Shown in pieces: positions 30,382-40,198 of a stretch of 64,000 nt of DNA. The notes beneath the pieces were generated by a model that saw only the letters and a list, made by a program, of their open reading frames with translations, was not told the DNA's origin and made no database searches. The stretch covers positions 992,001 through 1,056,000 of the forward strand of contig CAXXGI010000003.1 of NCBI GenBank assembly GCA_963674695.2. The letters run 5' to 3'. The DNA is from a bacterium. Its GTDB lineage: Bacteria; UBA10199; 2-02-FULL-44-16; JAAZCA01. Position 1 is the stretch's first letter, and each line of letters opens with the position of its first letter. The translations under genes were made by a program, and so were the position numbers.

Positions 30382-32505
30382 ATGAAGGGTTTGCGCACAA
30401 CACGACTGATCGTCATCGCCCTGTTGGCCGTCTTTGCTGCCGCCTGCGGTGCGGGCACGGGTCTGCCGACCGAGGATGGCGCGGGCAGCTCGGGCGGCGG
30501 CAGCTCTGATGCCTGCGGCGCCACGCCGACGATCAGCGCCGTCTCGATTCTCACGGGTGACGGTACGGAGCTGGCCATCGATGCCACGCCGCTGCCGGCG
30601 ATCCTGAGTGTGAAGGCGACCTTTCCCAACTGCAGCAATTGGGATGCAACCGCACTGGCAACGCGTTTGGCCGATATCAGCATCGTCGACGGCGGCGACA
30701 CCGCCGTGGCTGCGACCGCATCGGTCGCTGCAGACTTGAGCTACGGACTCGTGACGCCGGATGCCTTCCTCGACTATGACTCGACCTATTCGATCCTCGA
30801 CGGAGGGGGCCCCCTCTCCGCGAGCGTGGCCAAAGCCGACGGCGAGGCAACATCTGCCTTCAGCATCGGAACACGCAATGACATGAACGGCGACGGCGTG
30901 CCGGAGCTGGTGCGTTCATTCACCGAGGCCGCGGAGGAAGGCACCTCGTTCAGTTACATGCGTCCGAGCTTCGATGAACCGCGCGATGTGGACATCGCCT
31001 CCTACTCCGGCATCGTGGTCCTCGACGGTGCGACGTTCACGCCGATCATGAAGATCTATGATTCGATCCCCGACACGGATGATTTTGAACGCTATGTCTC
31101 CCCGGTGATGGCACACGAAGCGCTCCTCTTCGACGATGGCTCAGGAAACTTCGCCCTGCTCGTGCCCCAGCCAATCACCGCGAGCGTGCATCTCTTCTCA
31201 GCACCGGCGGCCGATGCAACGCTGCCCGTGGTCCTCACGACCCTCGAATCGGATGCACAGTTCGAACTCTTTCCGAACATGGCGGCGACCGACACGCTCC
31301 AGATTGCCATCAACTGGGAACTCGATTTTGGCAGCGCCATCGCCGCACACTTTGACGGACAAGCGCTGCATGTCGCCGCACAGGTCAGGGGAACCGGGAA
31401 ACATGGAAGTGAACGAGAAGGCGCCATCGTCACCTTCTCGAGCGAGAACAATACCGTCTCGGCATTTCCGCTCGCAAACACCGAGGGAAATACCTTCGTC
31501 TCGCTCGGGTTCGTCGGGCTCGAAAACCACATGGATGCGAGCGCCGCAACGAGCATGCCCGACCTGATCGTCCTGGAATCCGGCGATGTCACCCAGGATA
31601 CCAATGGACACATCTGGCGCATTCAACCGGATGCCGCAGGAACCGCTGGGACAGGAGACGACCTCAACTTCCGCACCTCACAGCAGGAAGACCTGGTCGA
31701 AGACTATCTCTTCACGCTCTCCATCGGAAAGCTCGTCGCCGCGGAGGAGATCGCTCTCTCGCGCTATGCAATCGATGCCAACATCGTCGACGGACGTCTG
31801 GCCGTCATCGCCGATGACGACGAAGTCGTGGTCTACGACGGCAGCCTCGATATTGAGGCTCAGCTCGCGGCACCGGCGGGCCGAAACCTACGCAAGGTGC
31901 AACTCGCTCCTGCCGGCGGCGATGCCTATGATCTGATCACGCTCGATCATCTGGGCGCACTCGGAATGAAGAGCGGCTCGGCCATCTCCACCATCAGCGG
32001 CGCTTCATCGCTGGGACAGGCTCGGGGCTTCATCGCTTCTCCGACGAATGGTCAGCTGCGCATCGTCAGTCGCTTCACCGACGCCACGAACGTCTTCGCC
32101 CTGAGCCGCGACGGCACGCTGGGCACGGCGAGCAGTCCGACCGCGCTCAACGGCGATGATGAACCCTTCGACACGGAACGAATCATTGTGCCCTCCGATC
32201 CTGCGCGCGAGAACGAGCCGGGCTGCTACGTCCAGCCCTCCTTCTATGGGGACTATACCAACGGAGACGATACCGATGAAGCCTCGTGTAAAACCGATAT
32301 CTGCCAGAGCACCTTTTCGACCTGTGGCACAGAGACCTGTGGCTCCTCGGGAAAAACCAGCGAGGCCAACGTCGGCACCTGCATCGGAAGCTGCATCGAG
32401 CAGTATAATCGATGCCGCTATGGCACGACCTGCATGAGCTGCATCACCGGTTGCGGAGCTGACCAGAACTGCCAGAGTGCCTGCGATTGCCCCTCCGAAT
32501 ACTGA
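30382..32505 (+). CDS. paralogous surface lipoprotein (Ig-like, FG-GAP-like, Cys-rich tail)
   Basis: Lipobox AAAC; shares LDYDxTYSIL...ASVAKA with the previous gene; DMNGDGVPEL; Cys-rich tail. Confidence 0.8.
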   Translation: MKGLRTTRLIVIALLAVFAAACGAGTGLPTEDGAGSSGGGSSDACGATPTISAVSILTGDGTELAIDATPLPAILSVKATFPNCSNWDATALATRLADISIVDGGDTAVAATASVAADLSYGLVTPDAFLDYDSTYSILDGGGPLSASVAKADGEATSAFSIGTRNDMNGDGVPELVRSFTEAAEEGTSFSYMRPSFDEPRDVDIASYSGIVVLDGATFTPIMKIYDSIPDTDDFERYVSPVMAHEALLFDDGSGNFALLVPQPITASVHLFSAPAADATLPVVLTTLESDAQFELFPNMAATDTLQIAINWELDFGSAIAAHFDGQALHVAAQVRGTGKHGSEREGAIVTFSSENNTVSAFPLANTEGNTFVSLGFVGLENHMDASAATSMPDLIVLESGDVTQDTNGHIWRIQPDAAGTAGTGDDLNFRTSQQEDLVEDYLFTLSIGKLVAAEEIALSRYAIDANIVDGRLAVIADDDEVVVYDGSLDIEAQLAAPAGRNLRKVQLAPAGGDAYDLITLDHLGALGMKSGSAISTISGASSLGQARGFIASPTNGQLRIVSRFTDATNVFALSRDGTLGTASSPTALNGDDEPFDTERIIVPSDPARENEPGCYVQPSFYGDYTNGDDTDEASCKTDICQSTFSTCGTETCGSSGKTSEANVGTCIGSCIEQYNRCRYGTTCMSCITGCGADQNCQSACDCPSEY

Positions 32506-32585
32506 TGAACCGACCATGCAACCCCCTGAAAACAAATTGACGCCCTTTTGCGCCTCCCCTATCGTGTCCCCCACCAGGAGGCTCT

Positions 32586-33542
32586 ATGAAGAAAAAAGGC
32601 GGCATCGTTATCGCACTGGGCGGAAACGCCATCTCCAAGCCGGGGCTGCGCGGAACCATCCAGGAGCAGTTCGCCTCCACGCGCGAGAGCATGGAACACG
32701 TCGCTGAGCTCTACCTCGAAGGATTTCCCAATATCCTCATCACCCACGGCAACGGCCCGCAGGTGGGAGCCGCTATCCTGCGCAGCGAGATCGCGGCCAA
32801 GACCGTCTATCCGCTCCCCATGGATATCTCGGTCGCCGACACGCAGGGCGGCATGGGCTATATGATCCAACAGACGCTCACCAACGCGCTGCGCTCACGC
32901 GGAATAAAACTCCCGGTGGTCACCGCTATCACACGCGCCGTGGTCGATGTGCACGACCCGGCCTTCGATGCCCCCAACAAACCCGTTGGCATGTTCTACA
33001 CGGAGCAGGAAGCACGCCAGCTGATGGCGGGCCGCGGTTGGAGCATGCGCGAGGACGCTGGCCGCGGCTGGCGTCGCGTGGTTCCCAGCCCCAAACCCGT
33101 GCGCGTCCTGGAGGCCGAAGCGATCAGGGCGATGTTCGACAAGGGCTATATCGTCATCGCCGGCGGCGGCGGCGGTGTGCCCGTGGGACTCAACCGCCAC
33201 AATCATTTTTATGGAATGGAAGCGGTCGTCGACAAGGATCGCACCAGCGCGATCCTCGCCAGCGATATCGGTGCCGACACGCTCGTTATCATGACCGCTG
33301 TCGAATTCGCCTTCGTCGACTTCGGCGGACCCAACCAACGCGCGCTGACCGACATGACCGCCGAGGAGATGCAGCGACACCTCGAACACGGCGAATTCGC
33401 CGACGGCAGCATGCGCCCCAAGATCGAGGCAGCGCTCAATTTCATTGCGCGCGGAGGCCGGGAGGCCATCATCACCTCAATTCCGAACTGTCTCGCAGCG
33501 TTGCGCGGAAAGACCGGCACCCACATTCGATCGCAACCCTGA
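32586..33542 (+). CDS. arcC: carbamate kinase
   Basis: ALGGNA, THGNGPQVG, GWRRVVPSP, GGGGVPV, DKD, GSMRPK. Confidence 0.95.
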   Translation: MKKKGGIVIALGGNAISKPGLRGTIQEQFASTRESMEHVAELYLEGFPNILITHGNGPQVGAAILRSEIAAKTVYPLPMDISVADTQGGMGYMIQQTLTNALRSRGIKLPVVTAITRAVVDVHDPAFDAPNKPVGMFYTEQEARQLMAGRGWSMREDAGRGWRRVVPSPKPVRVLEAEAIRAMFDKGYIVIAGGGGGVPVGLNRHNHFYGMEAVVDKDRTSAILASDIGADTLVIMTAVEFAFVDFGGPNQRALTDMTAEEMQRHLEHGEFADGSMRPKIEAALNFIARGGREAIITSIPNCLAALRGKTGTHIRSQP

Positions 33543-33652
33543 CCAGCACCCCCTCTAACCCCATGAATCCTATTGCATTATTTCGCATTGACAACGCTAT
33601 CCGACGTCGATAGCAGAGCTGCGAAGAGCCTGCCCCTGCGGAGGATGCACTC

Positions 33653-33808
33653 ATGACCGATATCGACACCCTGAACTTCGACAATCCCGAGACATGTCCC
33701 AACTGCGGGCAATTCGTCGATGGCGATTCCGGCTGCCCGAACTGTGGCGCCATCCTCTGCGAAGAAGACGGTCTGGACGTCTTCGACGATGACGGCGGCC
33801 TCGATTAA
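33653..33808 (+). CDS. 51-aa acidic zinc-ribbon microprotein (absent from the ORF track)
   Basis: GGAGG RBS; MTDIDTLNFDNPETCPNCGQFVDGDSGCPNCGAILCEEDGLDVFDDDGGLD; TTGACA upstream. Confidence 0.75.
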   Translation: MTDIDTLNFDNPETCPNCGQFVDGDSGCPNCGAILCEEDGLDVFDDDGGLD

Positions 33809-33915
33809 GGCTAGCAAAAAAGAAAGAATAATTCCGTTGAACCGCACGGGGCTCCATGATAGGAGCCCCCATCTTTTTGTTCATTTGAAACAAACGTTTG
33901 AGGATTTTTTCATCT

Positions 33916-33999
33916 GCGACCGTGGCGGAATTGGCAGACGCGCTAGCTTCAGGAGCTAGTGGGAGCAATCTCGTCCCGGTTCGAGTCCGGGCGGTCGCA
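33916..33999 (+). tRNA. tRNA-Leu(CAG), CCA not encoded
   Basis: Acceptor GCGACCG/CGGTCGC, anticodon loop ttCAGga, long variable arm, GGTTCGAGTCC T-arm. Confidence 0.95.
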
Positions 34000-34058
34000 C
34001 AGGAAACCAGCTAAAGAGCATGATCGCTCAATAGCTACATGGCTTCATAGCTTCCCTT

Positions 34059-36734
34059 ATGACGCATCCGCTCATCACTCACCTCCTCCTCATCTTCCGG
34101 GGTAGCGTGCGCCTGTTCAAATTCCTGTTCAGCATCACCGCTGGTATTATCCTCATCGCCACCGTAGCGGGACTCAGCATCTACTTTTATTTCGCGCGCG
34201 ACCTGCCTGACATCCGAACGCTCGAGGATTATCGCCCTCCCGTCATCAGCGAGGCCTATTCTAATGATGACACCAAGATCGGCGAATTCTGGACTGAATG
34301 CCGCATCTTCGTCCCCTTCGATAAGATCCCAAAGCGGGTCATGCAGGCCTTCATCGATTCTGAAGATGCGCGTTTCTTCGAGCACAAGGGCGTGGATATG
34401 CGCTCGATCTTTCGCGCTTTCGTCGCCAACTTGAAGGCCGGCGAAATCACGCAGGGGGGCTCCACCATCACGCAGCAGATCACGCGCTCGCTCTTGCTCT
34501 CGCGCGAACGCACGGTCACCCGCAAGATTCGTGAAGCAATCCTCGCCACGCGCCTGGAGCGGCACCTCAGCAAGGAACAGATCCTGACGCTCTACCTCAA
34601 CCAGATCTACCTCGGAAACCGCTCCTACGGGGTCGCCTCCGCAGCGCGCAACTACTTCCATCTCGATGTCGATGAACTCTCGCTCGCCCAGATTGCGCTC
34701 ATCGCCGGACTTCCCACCGCGCCCACAACCTTCTCGCCCATCAACAGTCCGATCGAGGCGAGAAAACGCCAGATGCATGTCTTGGGTCGCATGGTCGAGG
34801 AGGGGCACATCACGCCGGAAGAGGCTACAGCAGCAGCGGATGCACATTTTCCCATCTTCACCGCCGGCATCGATAAGACCTTCATCGACAAGGATGCCGC
34901 CTACTTCACCGAACACGTGCGCCGCATCGTGAAGGAGCGCTATGGCGACGAAGTGCTCTATCACAAGGGGCTCAAGATCTACACGACCGTCGACCTGCCG
35001 ATGCAACGCGCAGCAACGGCGGCCCTGCGCGCAGGCGTGGAAAAACTCGACCGGCGACATGGTTGGCGCGGGCCGATCGCCCACATCGAACGCGATCAGA
35101 TCGCGGCGCGTGCGAAACAAATCGAAGCCGCTCTCATGAGCGAGCAGCTCGGCGGACGCCTCATCAGCTGGCCTCCAAGCGCCACGCATCAGGCGACGTC
35201 CATCCAATTCAAACCCGGGCAGATCTACGAAGCGATCGTCACGGATTTCCAGGGCAAGGACACCTTCATCCAGATCGGAAACGTCTCCGGCGTCATCAAG
35301 CATGCGGGGCTGAAATGGGCCCGTAAACATTCGACCGGATGGCTCGGCTATGAAGGCAATAGCTACGTCAGCGATCCCAAAAAACTGCTCAGCGTAGGCG
35401 ACGTGGTTCTCGCGCGACGCCTCGAAGATGGCACCTTCCAGCTCGCACAGATTCCCGGCGTTCAGAGCGCGCTGATCGCCGCAACCCCTCAGACCGGCGC
35501 CATTCGCGCCATGGTCGGCGGCTATGACTTCGCTCAGTCGGAATTCAACCGTGCCACACAGGCGCTTCGTCAGCCCGGCTCCTCGTTCAAACCCTTCGTC
35601 TATGCCGCTGCCCTCGACAAGGGATATACCTTCGACACGACCATCGTCGACGAACCGGTGGTCTATCAGGTCGGCCGAAACTCATTTTGGAGTCCAAAGA
35701 ACTACGGCGGGAAACACAAAGGGCCGACGCCGTTCCGAAATTGCCTCACCTTCTCGCGCAACGTTCCGACGGTGAAGATCACCTTCGACATCGGCACGCA
35801 CTACCTCACCGCCTTCGAACGCAAGATGGGCATCACCTCTCAGGTCGATAAATATCTCTCGATGGCACTTGGCGCCAACTCCGTCTACCTCCAAGAGATG
35901 GTTCAGGCCTATACCATCTTCGTCAACCACGGCCGATTCTCACCGCTCATCGCCATCACGAGGATCGAAGATGCCCACGGAAACATCCTGGAATCGGCCG
36001 AGCTGCCGAAGGAGACGCCGATCGCTTCATCACTGCTCAAGGGAATTTCTGAAGCCGATCGTGCCAAACAACAGGAGATCCTCGCCCAGCAACTGGCCGA
36101 GCGGCAGAACGTCAATGCTGACGAACTCAACACCGAACTCTTTGAGCTCGGCGTGAAGCATATCGCCGAGGACAGCCTCATCCTCACCGACCTGGAACTC
36201 AAGACGCTCTATGGCGCGCAGATTCCGGAAGGGCACGTCATGACTCCGCAGACGGCCTACCTCATGGTCCAACTCCTCAAAGGCGTGGTGGAGGGCGGAA
36301 CGGGCGCGCGGGTGCGCGCGCTCGGGAAACCAGCGGGGGGGAAGACCGGAACGACAAACGATGAAACCGACGTCTGGTTCATCGGCTTCGTGCCGGACCT
36401 GGTCGCTGGCGTCTGGGTCGGATTCGACGAACTCAAGAAGATCGGCCGCGGCATCGCCGGAGGCAACACCGCCGCCCCCATATTTCTCGACTTCATGAAG
36501 GTCGCCACCGAGGGGTGGGAGGCCAAAGACTTTCCCAAGCCAGACAGCTTTCCTCACGGTGCCATCGCCTCGATGACCGGCGGTTCCGCCATCTTCGGCG
36601 CACGCCCCACTCAGTCCTTCGGACCACATGGGGGCACTGATCGCGCGGGCGAATTCTTCGAAGAGGACCTCGAATACTTCGATGAACCGCCGGCGGGCTA
36701 TGATGAACCGGCCGCCATCCCCCTAATTCAGTAA
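34059..36734 (+). CDS. mrcA: penicillin-binding protein 1A (class A); start could be GTG 34107
   Basis: EDARFFEHKG, QGGSTITQQ, SSFK, SRN, KTGT. Confidence 0.93.
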   Translation: MTHPLITHLLLIFRGSVRLFKFLFSITAGIILIATVAGLSIYFYFARDLPDIRTLEDYRPPVISEAYSNDDTKIGEFWTECRIFVPFDKIPKRVMQAFIDSEDARFFEHKGVDMRSIFRAFVANLKAGEITQGGSTITQQITRSLLLSRERTVTRKIREAILATRLERHLSKEQILTLYLNQIYLGNRSYGVASAARNYFHLDVDELSLAQIALIAGLPTAPTTFSPINSPIEARKRQMHVLGRMVEEGHITPEEATAAADAHFPIFTAGIDKTFIDKDAAYFTEHVRRIVKERYGDEVLYHKGLKIYTTVDLPMQRAATAALRAGVEKLDRRHGWRGPIAHIERDQIAARAKQIEAALMSEQLGGRLISWPPSATHQATSIQFKPGQIYEAIVTDFQGKDTFIQIGNVSGVIKHAGLKWARKHSTGWLGYEGNSYVSDPKKLLSVGDVVLARRLEDGTFQLAQIPGVQSALIAATPQTGAIRAMVGGYDFAQSEFNRATQALRQPGSSFKPFVYAAALDKGYTFDTTIVDEPVVYQVGRNSFWSPKNYGGKHKGPTPFRNCLTFSRNVPTVKITFDIGTHYLTAFERKMGITSQVDKYLSMALGANSVYLQEMVQAYTIFVNHGRFSPLIAITRIEDAHGNILESAELPKETPIASSLLKGISEADRAKQQEILAQQLAERQNVNADELNTELFELGVKHIAEDSLILTDLELKTLYGAQIPEGHVMTPQTAYLMVQLLKGVVEGGTGARVRALGKPAGGKTGTTNDETDVWFIGFVPDLVAGVWVGFDELKKIGRGIAGGNTAAPIFLDFMKVATEGWEAKDFPKPDSFPHGAIASMTGGSAIFGARPTQSFGPHGGTDRAGEFFEEDLEYFDEPPAGYDEPAAIPLIQ

Positions 36735-36907
36735 TTCCCCGTATTTTCTCATCTTTCAGGCTCCCCCCCACTTTCTCCCCCATCGGGAGCGGCTTCAGTG
36801 CTATAATTTCTGTGATGAGAAGAGACCTTCATTCGAAACGGATACGGTGGATCGCGATCGACAGGGTTTCGTGATTCACCGTTTTCCTTTGCCGCAAGGG
36901 AGGCATT

Positions 36908-37117
36908 ATGCGTTTCGCACGGTCGCTCCGGAGACAGAAGGAAAACACCCACAAACGGCATGCAGAATCTGAAGGGAAGGCGCACTCGCAGAAAGGATGG
37001 AGCGGCCCCGACGAGGAGAGCGTCAAGCGCAAGAGCGAGTCAACGATGGAACATCAACAACACCTCTCGCGCGGCATCGGCCACCACCCGGCGAGGTCGA
37101 TTAAGGGACACTCGTAA
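36908..37117 (+). CDS. small basic, hydrophilic hypothetical protein
   Basis: GGAGG RBS, TATAAT upstream, terminator downstream. Confidence 0.5.
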   Translation: MRFARSLRRQKENTHKRHAESEGKAHSQKGWSGPDEESVKRKSESTMEHQQHLSRGIGHHPARSIKGHS

Positions 37118-37123
37118 CGCCCC

Positions 37124-37253
37124 GAAGGGTGAAGGGTGACCGCCACCTTCGGTGGCTCAGACGAAGGGTGAAACAACAAAAACCCCCGACAGCGGATGCT
37201 GTCGGGGGTTCGTTGTTTCGCCCTTCACCCTTCGGTTTATATCACCCTTCGGT
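37124..37253. terminator. probable bidirectional terminator nested between GAAGGGT and ACCCTTC 7-mer tracts
   Basis: aacccccgacagc-ggat-gctgtcgggggtt between convergent genes. Confidence 0.75.
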
Positions 37254-37256
37254 TTT

Positions 37257-37883
37257 TCACTCCGCCTTCACCTCGATCGTTTCGATCACATCGCCCTGGC
37301 GAATACTCTCGACGACATCCATCCCTTCGGTCACCTGGCCGAAGACGGTGTAGGCGTTATCGAGAAACGGGGTCGGCTCGAGCGTGATGTAGAACTGCGA
37401 GCCGCTGTTGCGCCGCTCGGGGTTGACCTCGTCGCCCGTGCGTGCCCAGGCCAGCGCTCCCTTTGGATGCGGACGCTTGATCTCGGCGGGCGTGGTGTAG
37501 CCGGGGCCACCGGAGCCGGTCGCGGTGGGGTCGCCCCCCTGAATCACAAACCCCGGGACGACGCGGTGAAAGCTGAGCCCTTTATAATACCCCCCATCAG
37601 CCAGCTGCTTGAAGTTGGTCACCGAGATCGGCGCATCCGTCGCATAGAGCTCGCAGACGACCTTGCCCTTGTTCGTCGTGATGACCGTCGTATACGTTTT
37701 GCCCGCCTCGACTGCGGCCTCCTTCGGCTCCGTAAATGTCTTCGTCTCTTTCTCCGCCATCACTGCCTCCTCCTGTTGTTGGACCGTCGCCGCAGGTTTC
37801 GCCTCGGGCTCAGCCACTTTTTTCTCGCATCCGATCGCGACCACCATAGTCGACATCATGATCAGCATTAGCATTGTCTTCAT
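37257..37883 (-). CDS. cyclophilin-type peptidylprolyl isomerase lipoprotein
   Basis: Lipobox AIGC; FHRVVPGFVIQGGDP, GSQFYI, YTVFG. Confidence 0.93.
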   Translation of the reverse strand: MKTMLMLIMMSTMVVAIGCEKKVAEPEAKPAATVQQQEEAVMAEKETKTFTEPKEAAVEAGKTYTTVITTNKGKVVCELYATDAPISVTNFKQLADGGYYKGLSFHRVVPGFVIQGGDPTATGSGGPGYTTPAEIKRPHPKGALAWARTGDEVNPERRNSGSQFYITLEPTPFLDNAYTVFGQVTEGMDVVESIRQGDVIETIEVKAE

Positions 37884-37912
37884 CGTTCCTCCTCCAAAGA
37901 AAAAACATTCAG

Positions 37913-38002
37913 GAATCTACCGCCGTGAGGGGAAATCATTTGCGTCTGGAACAAGCTTCATCTGTGAAGATGCAAATGATTTCCCCGGGAGGCGGTAGAT
38001 TC
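37913..38002. repeat. ~90-nt structured hairpin element, full copy
   Basis: Outer IR gaatctaccgcc/ggcggtagattc, inner 19-bp stem, loop conserved across copies. Confidence 0.85.
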
Positions 38003-38946
38003 TACATGGCACCCACCATCTCCTCGAGTTGAGCCTCCGCGCACTCGCGCGTGGCCCCGAGATCATAGCCCCCTTCGAGCACCACGGCCAGGCGACCATC
38101 GCAGCACTCGCCCGCGAGTTGCACCAGATCGCGCATCATCAGGCGATAGCCCTTCGTCGTCACGCGCATCCCGCCGATGGGATCTTCGACGTGAGAATCG
38201 AAACCCGCCGATGAGAGGATGAACTCCGGCTTATACTTCACGACTGAGGGAATGACCTGCTCCTCGAAGGCACGGCGATACTCCTCATCCCCCGCCCCCC
38301 CGCTGAAGGGGATGTTGAGCGTATACCCCTGCCCCTCGCCGAGGCCCACCTCTTCAGCCGCACCCGTTCCGGGGAAGAAGGGATGGCGATGGATCGAAGC
38401 GAAGAAGACGTCGGGACGACGCTCAAAGGCGTGCTGCGTGCCGTTGCCGTGATGCACATCGAAGTCGACGATCGCCACGCGGGAGAGCCCCTTCTCGCGA
38501 ATAAGCCACTCGGCCGCGATGGCGATGTTGTTGAAGAAGCAAAACCCCATGGCGTGATCACGTTCGGCGTGATGCCCGGGCGGGCGCACGAAGGCGAAGG
38601 CGTTCTTCGCCCTCCCCTCCAGGACCTCCTCGGTACAACGAAGCGTTCCGCCGGCGGCGAAGGCCGCTGCCTCCCAGGTGTGAGCATTGGCGCTGGTATC
38701 CGGATCGAGGATCGTGCGTTCGATCCCCGCGGTGGCCGCGATGCGCTCGATATAGCGCTCGTCGTGAATGAAGGCCAGTTCGTCGCGCGTCGCCTCGCGC
38801 GGATCGATCCGTTCGACCTCGCGCCCCACGCCGTCACCATCGAGAACCGTCTGAACGGCCCCGAGCCGACGCGGCGTCTCCGGATGCATGATGCCCATCT
38901 CGTGTCGGGTATAGCGCTCATCCAGAATAACAGCGGTGCGAGTCAT
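38002..38946 (-). CDS. histone deacetylase family (Zn-dependent deacetylase)
   Basis: RPPGHHA, GFCFFNN, DVHHGNGTQ, SAGFD, LEGGY. Confidence 0.95.
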   Translation of the reverse strand: MTRTAVILDERYTRHEMGIMHPETPRRLGAVQTVLDGDGVGREVERIDPREATRDELAFIHDERYIERIAATAGIERTILDPDTSANAHTWEAAAFAAGGTLRCTEEVLEGRAKNAFAFVRPPGHHAERDHAMGFCFFNNIAIAAEWLIREKGLSRVAIVDFDVHHGNGTQHAFERRPDVFFASIHRHPFFPGTGAAEEVGLGEGQGYTLNIPFSGGAGDEEYRRAFEEQVIPSVVKYKPEFILSSAGFDSHVEDPIGGMRVTTKGYRLMMRDLVQLAGECCDGRLAVVLEGGYDLGATRECAEAQLEEMVGAM

Positions 38947-39072
38947 GAATCCTCCGAGTCCGACCTCCTAATCGCCCCTCGAAAAAAAATCAACTCTTCC
39001 ATTATTTTCATATAGCTCCGACCGCAAACCTGCGTTCAGAATAGATTTGCTGAGGATGAAAATGCCTTGCAT

Positions 39073-39088
39073 TGGTCCTCCGTTTGCA
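39073..39088 (+). promoter_or_regulatory. possible sigma54 promoter of the hydrogenase operon
   Basis: TGGTCC-TCCGT-TTGCA, GG-N10-GC spacing. Confidence 0.35.
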
Positions 39089-39157
39089 TATGATGCGGCT
39101 CCTTTTCATCGGAACAACAATCATTTTTTTCCTGCACCGTCGACAAAAGGAGCAGCC

Positions 39158-40198
39158 ATGGCGGCAAAAACCCTCAGCAAGGAACAGTTTCAGACATTCA
39201 CCGACAACCTCATCGCGGCCGGCCGTGTGGTCGGCGTAAAGCGCAAAGAGAACAAATTTGCCTTCGGCGATCTGACCTCTGCCAGCGAATTGACGCTCGA
39301 CTACGACGTCACGCTGCGCAGCCCGCGGGTCTTCTTCCAGCCCCCGACCGAGGAGCTCATCTCCTTTACGACGGGCGATACGACCACAGCTGCGGCCACG
39401 ATCCCGGCGACCGAGCCCTTCGTCCTGCTGGGCGTCCACACCTACGACCTGATCGCGCTCAATCAGATGGATCGCATCTGGAACGAGGACAACGCCGACC
39501 AGAACTATGAAGCCCGTCGCAAGGCCGCCACCGTCATCGCGCTTGAGCCGATCAAGGCCTCGAAGTGGTCCTTCTGGGCCTCGATGGGTGCCACCAAGGT
39601 GGAAAAGGGCTTCGACCTCCTACTCACCGATATTGGCGGAAAATACGTCATCGAGATCGGCACCGAAGCGGGCAAGAAGCTCATCAGCGCGCACGCCGCA
39701 GATGCAAAAGAAGCCTCCGCCGACGACCTGGCCGCGCGCGACCGTGTGCGCAAGGAACTGCCCTCCTACTGCAAGGCCGACCGCAAGGTGAACGCCTCGG
39801 TGGAAGAGCTTCCCACGCTCATCAAGTCAAACTACGAAAACCCCATCTGGGAAAAGAACGCTGAAAAGTGCTACAGCTGCGGCGCCTGCAATCTGGTCTG
39901 CCCCACCTGCTATTGCTTCGACGTCCACGACGACATCGAACTCGACCTCAAACACGGCACACGCACCCGCACGTGGGACGGCTGCCTGCTCGAGGCGTTC
40001 GCGCACGTCGGCTCGGGTGAAAACTTCCGTGAACACCGCGGCGACCGTTTCCGTCACCGCATCTTCCGCAAAACGGTCTATATGCCGGAGAAGATCAATG
40101 AGCTCGCCTGCGTCGGCTGCGGGCGCTGCTCGGAAGTCTGTCTCCCCGACATCACCGATCCCGTGAAGATCATCAACACGATCAAGGAGGGCAACTGA
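39158..40198 (+). CDS. hydB: group 3b [NiFe] (sulf)hydrogenase beta subunit, 4Fe-4S dicluster
   Basis: CYSCGACNLVCPTCYCF, CVGCGRCSEVC; AAGGAG RBS. Confidence 0.88.
   Translation: MAAKTLSKEQFQTFTDNLIAAGRVVGVKRKENKFAFGDLTSASELTLDYDVTLRSPRVFFQPPTEELISFTTGDTTTAAATIPATEPFVLLGVHTYDLIALNQMDRIWNEDNADQNYEARRKAATVIALEPIKASKWSFWASMGATKVEKGFDLLLTDIGGKYVIEIGTEAGKKLISAHAADAKEASADDLAARDRVRKELPSYCKADRKVNASVEELPTLIKSNYENPIWEKNAEKCYSCGACNLVCPTCYCFDVHDDIELDLKHGTRTRTWDGCLLEAFAHVGSGENFREHRGDRFRHRIFRKTVYMPEKINELACVGCGRCSEVCLPDITDPVKIINTIKEGN

Noticed and set aside
32586-33542. Arginine deiminase pathway operon
   Set aside because: arcC stands alone; no arcA, arcB or arcD in the window
33543-34050. Faint 8-9-nt periodic tracts (33545-33590, 34008-34050; also 36735-36785)
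   Set aside because: Too degenerate to define a unit by eye; may be decayed microrepeats
33999-34058. tRNA-Leu as an island integration site
   Set aside because: No integrase, no duplicated tRNA 3' end seen, and the next gene is housekeeping PBP1A
37913-38002. Hairpin element as a hammerhead ribozyme or riboswitch
   Set aside because: No CUGANGA/GAAA core in the right context on either strand, and copies are not consistently in 5' leaders
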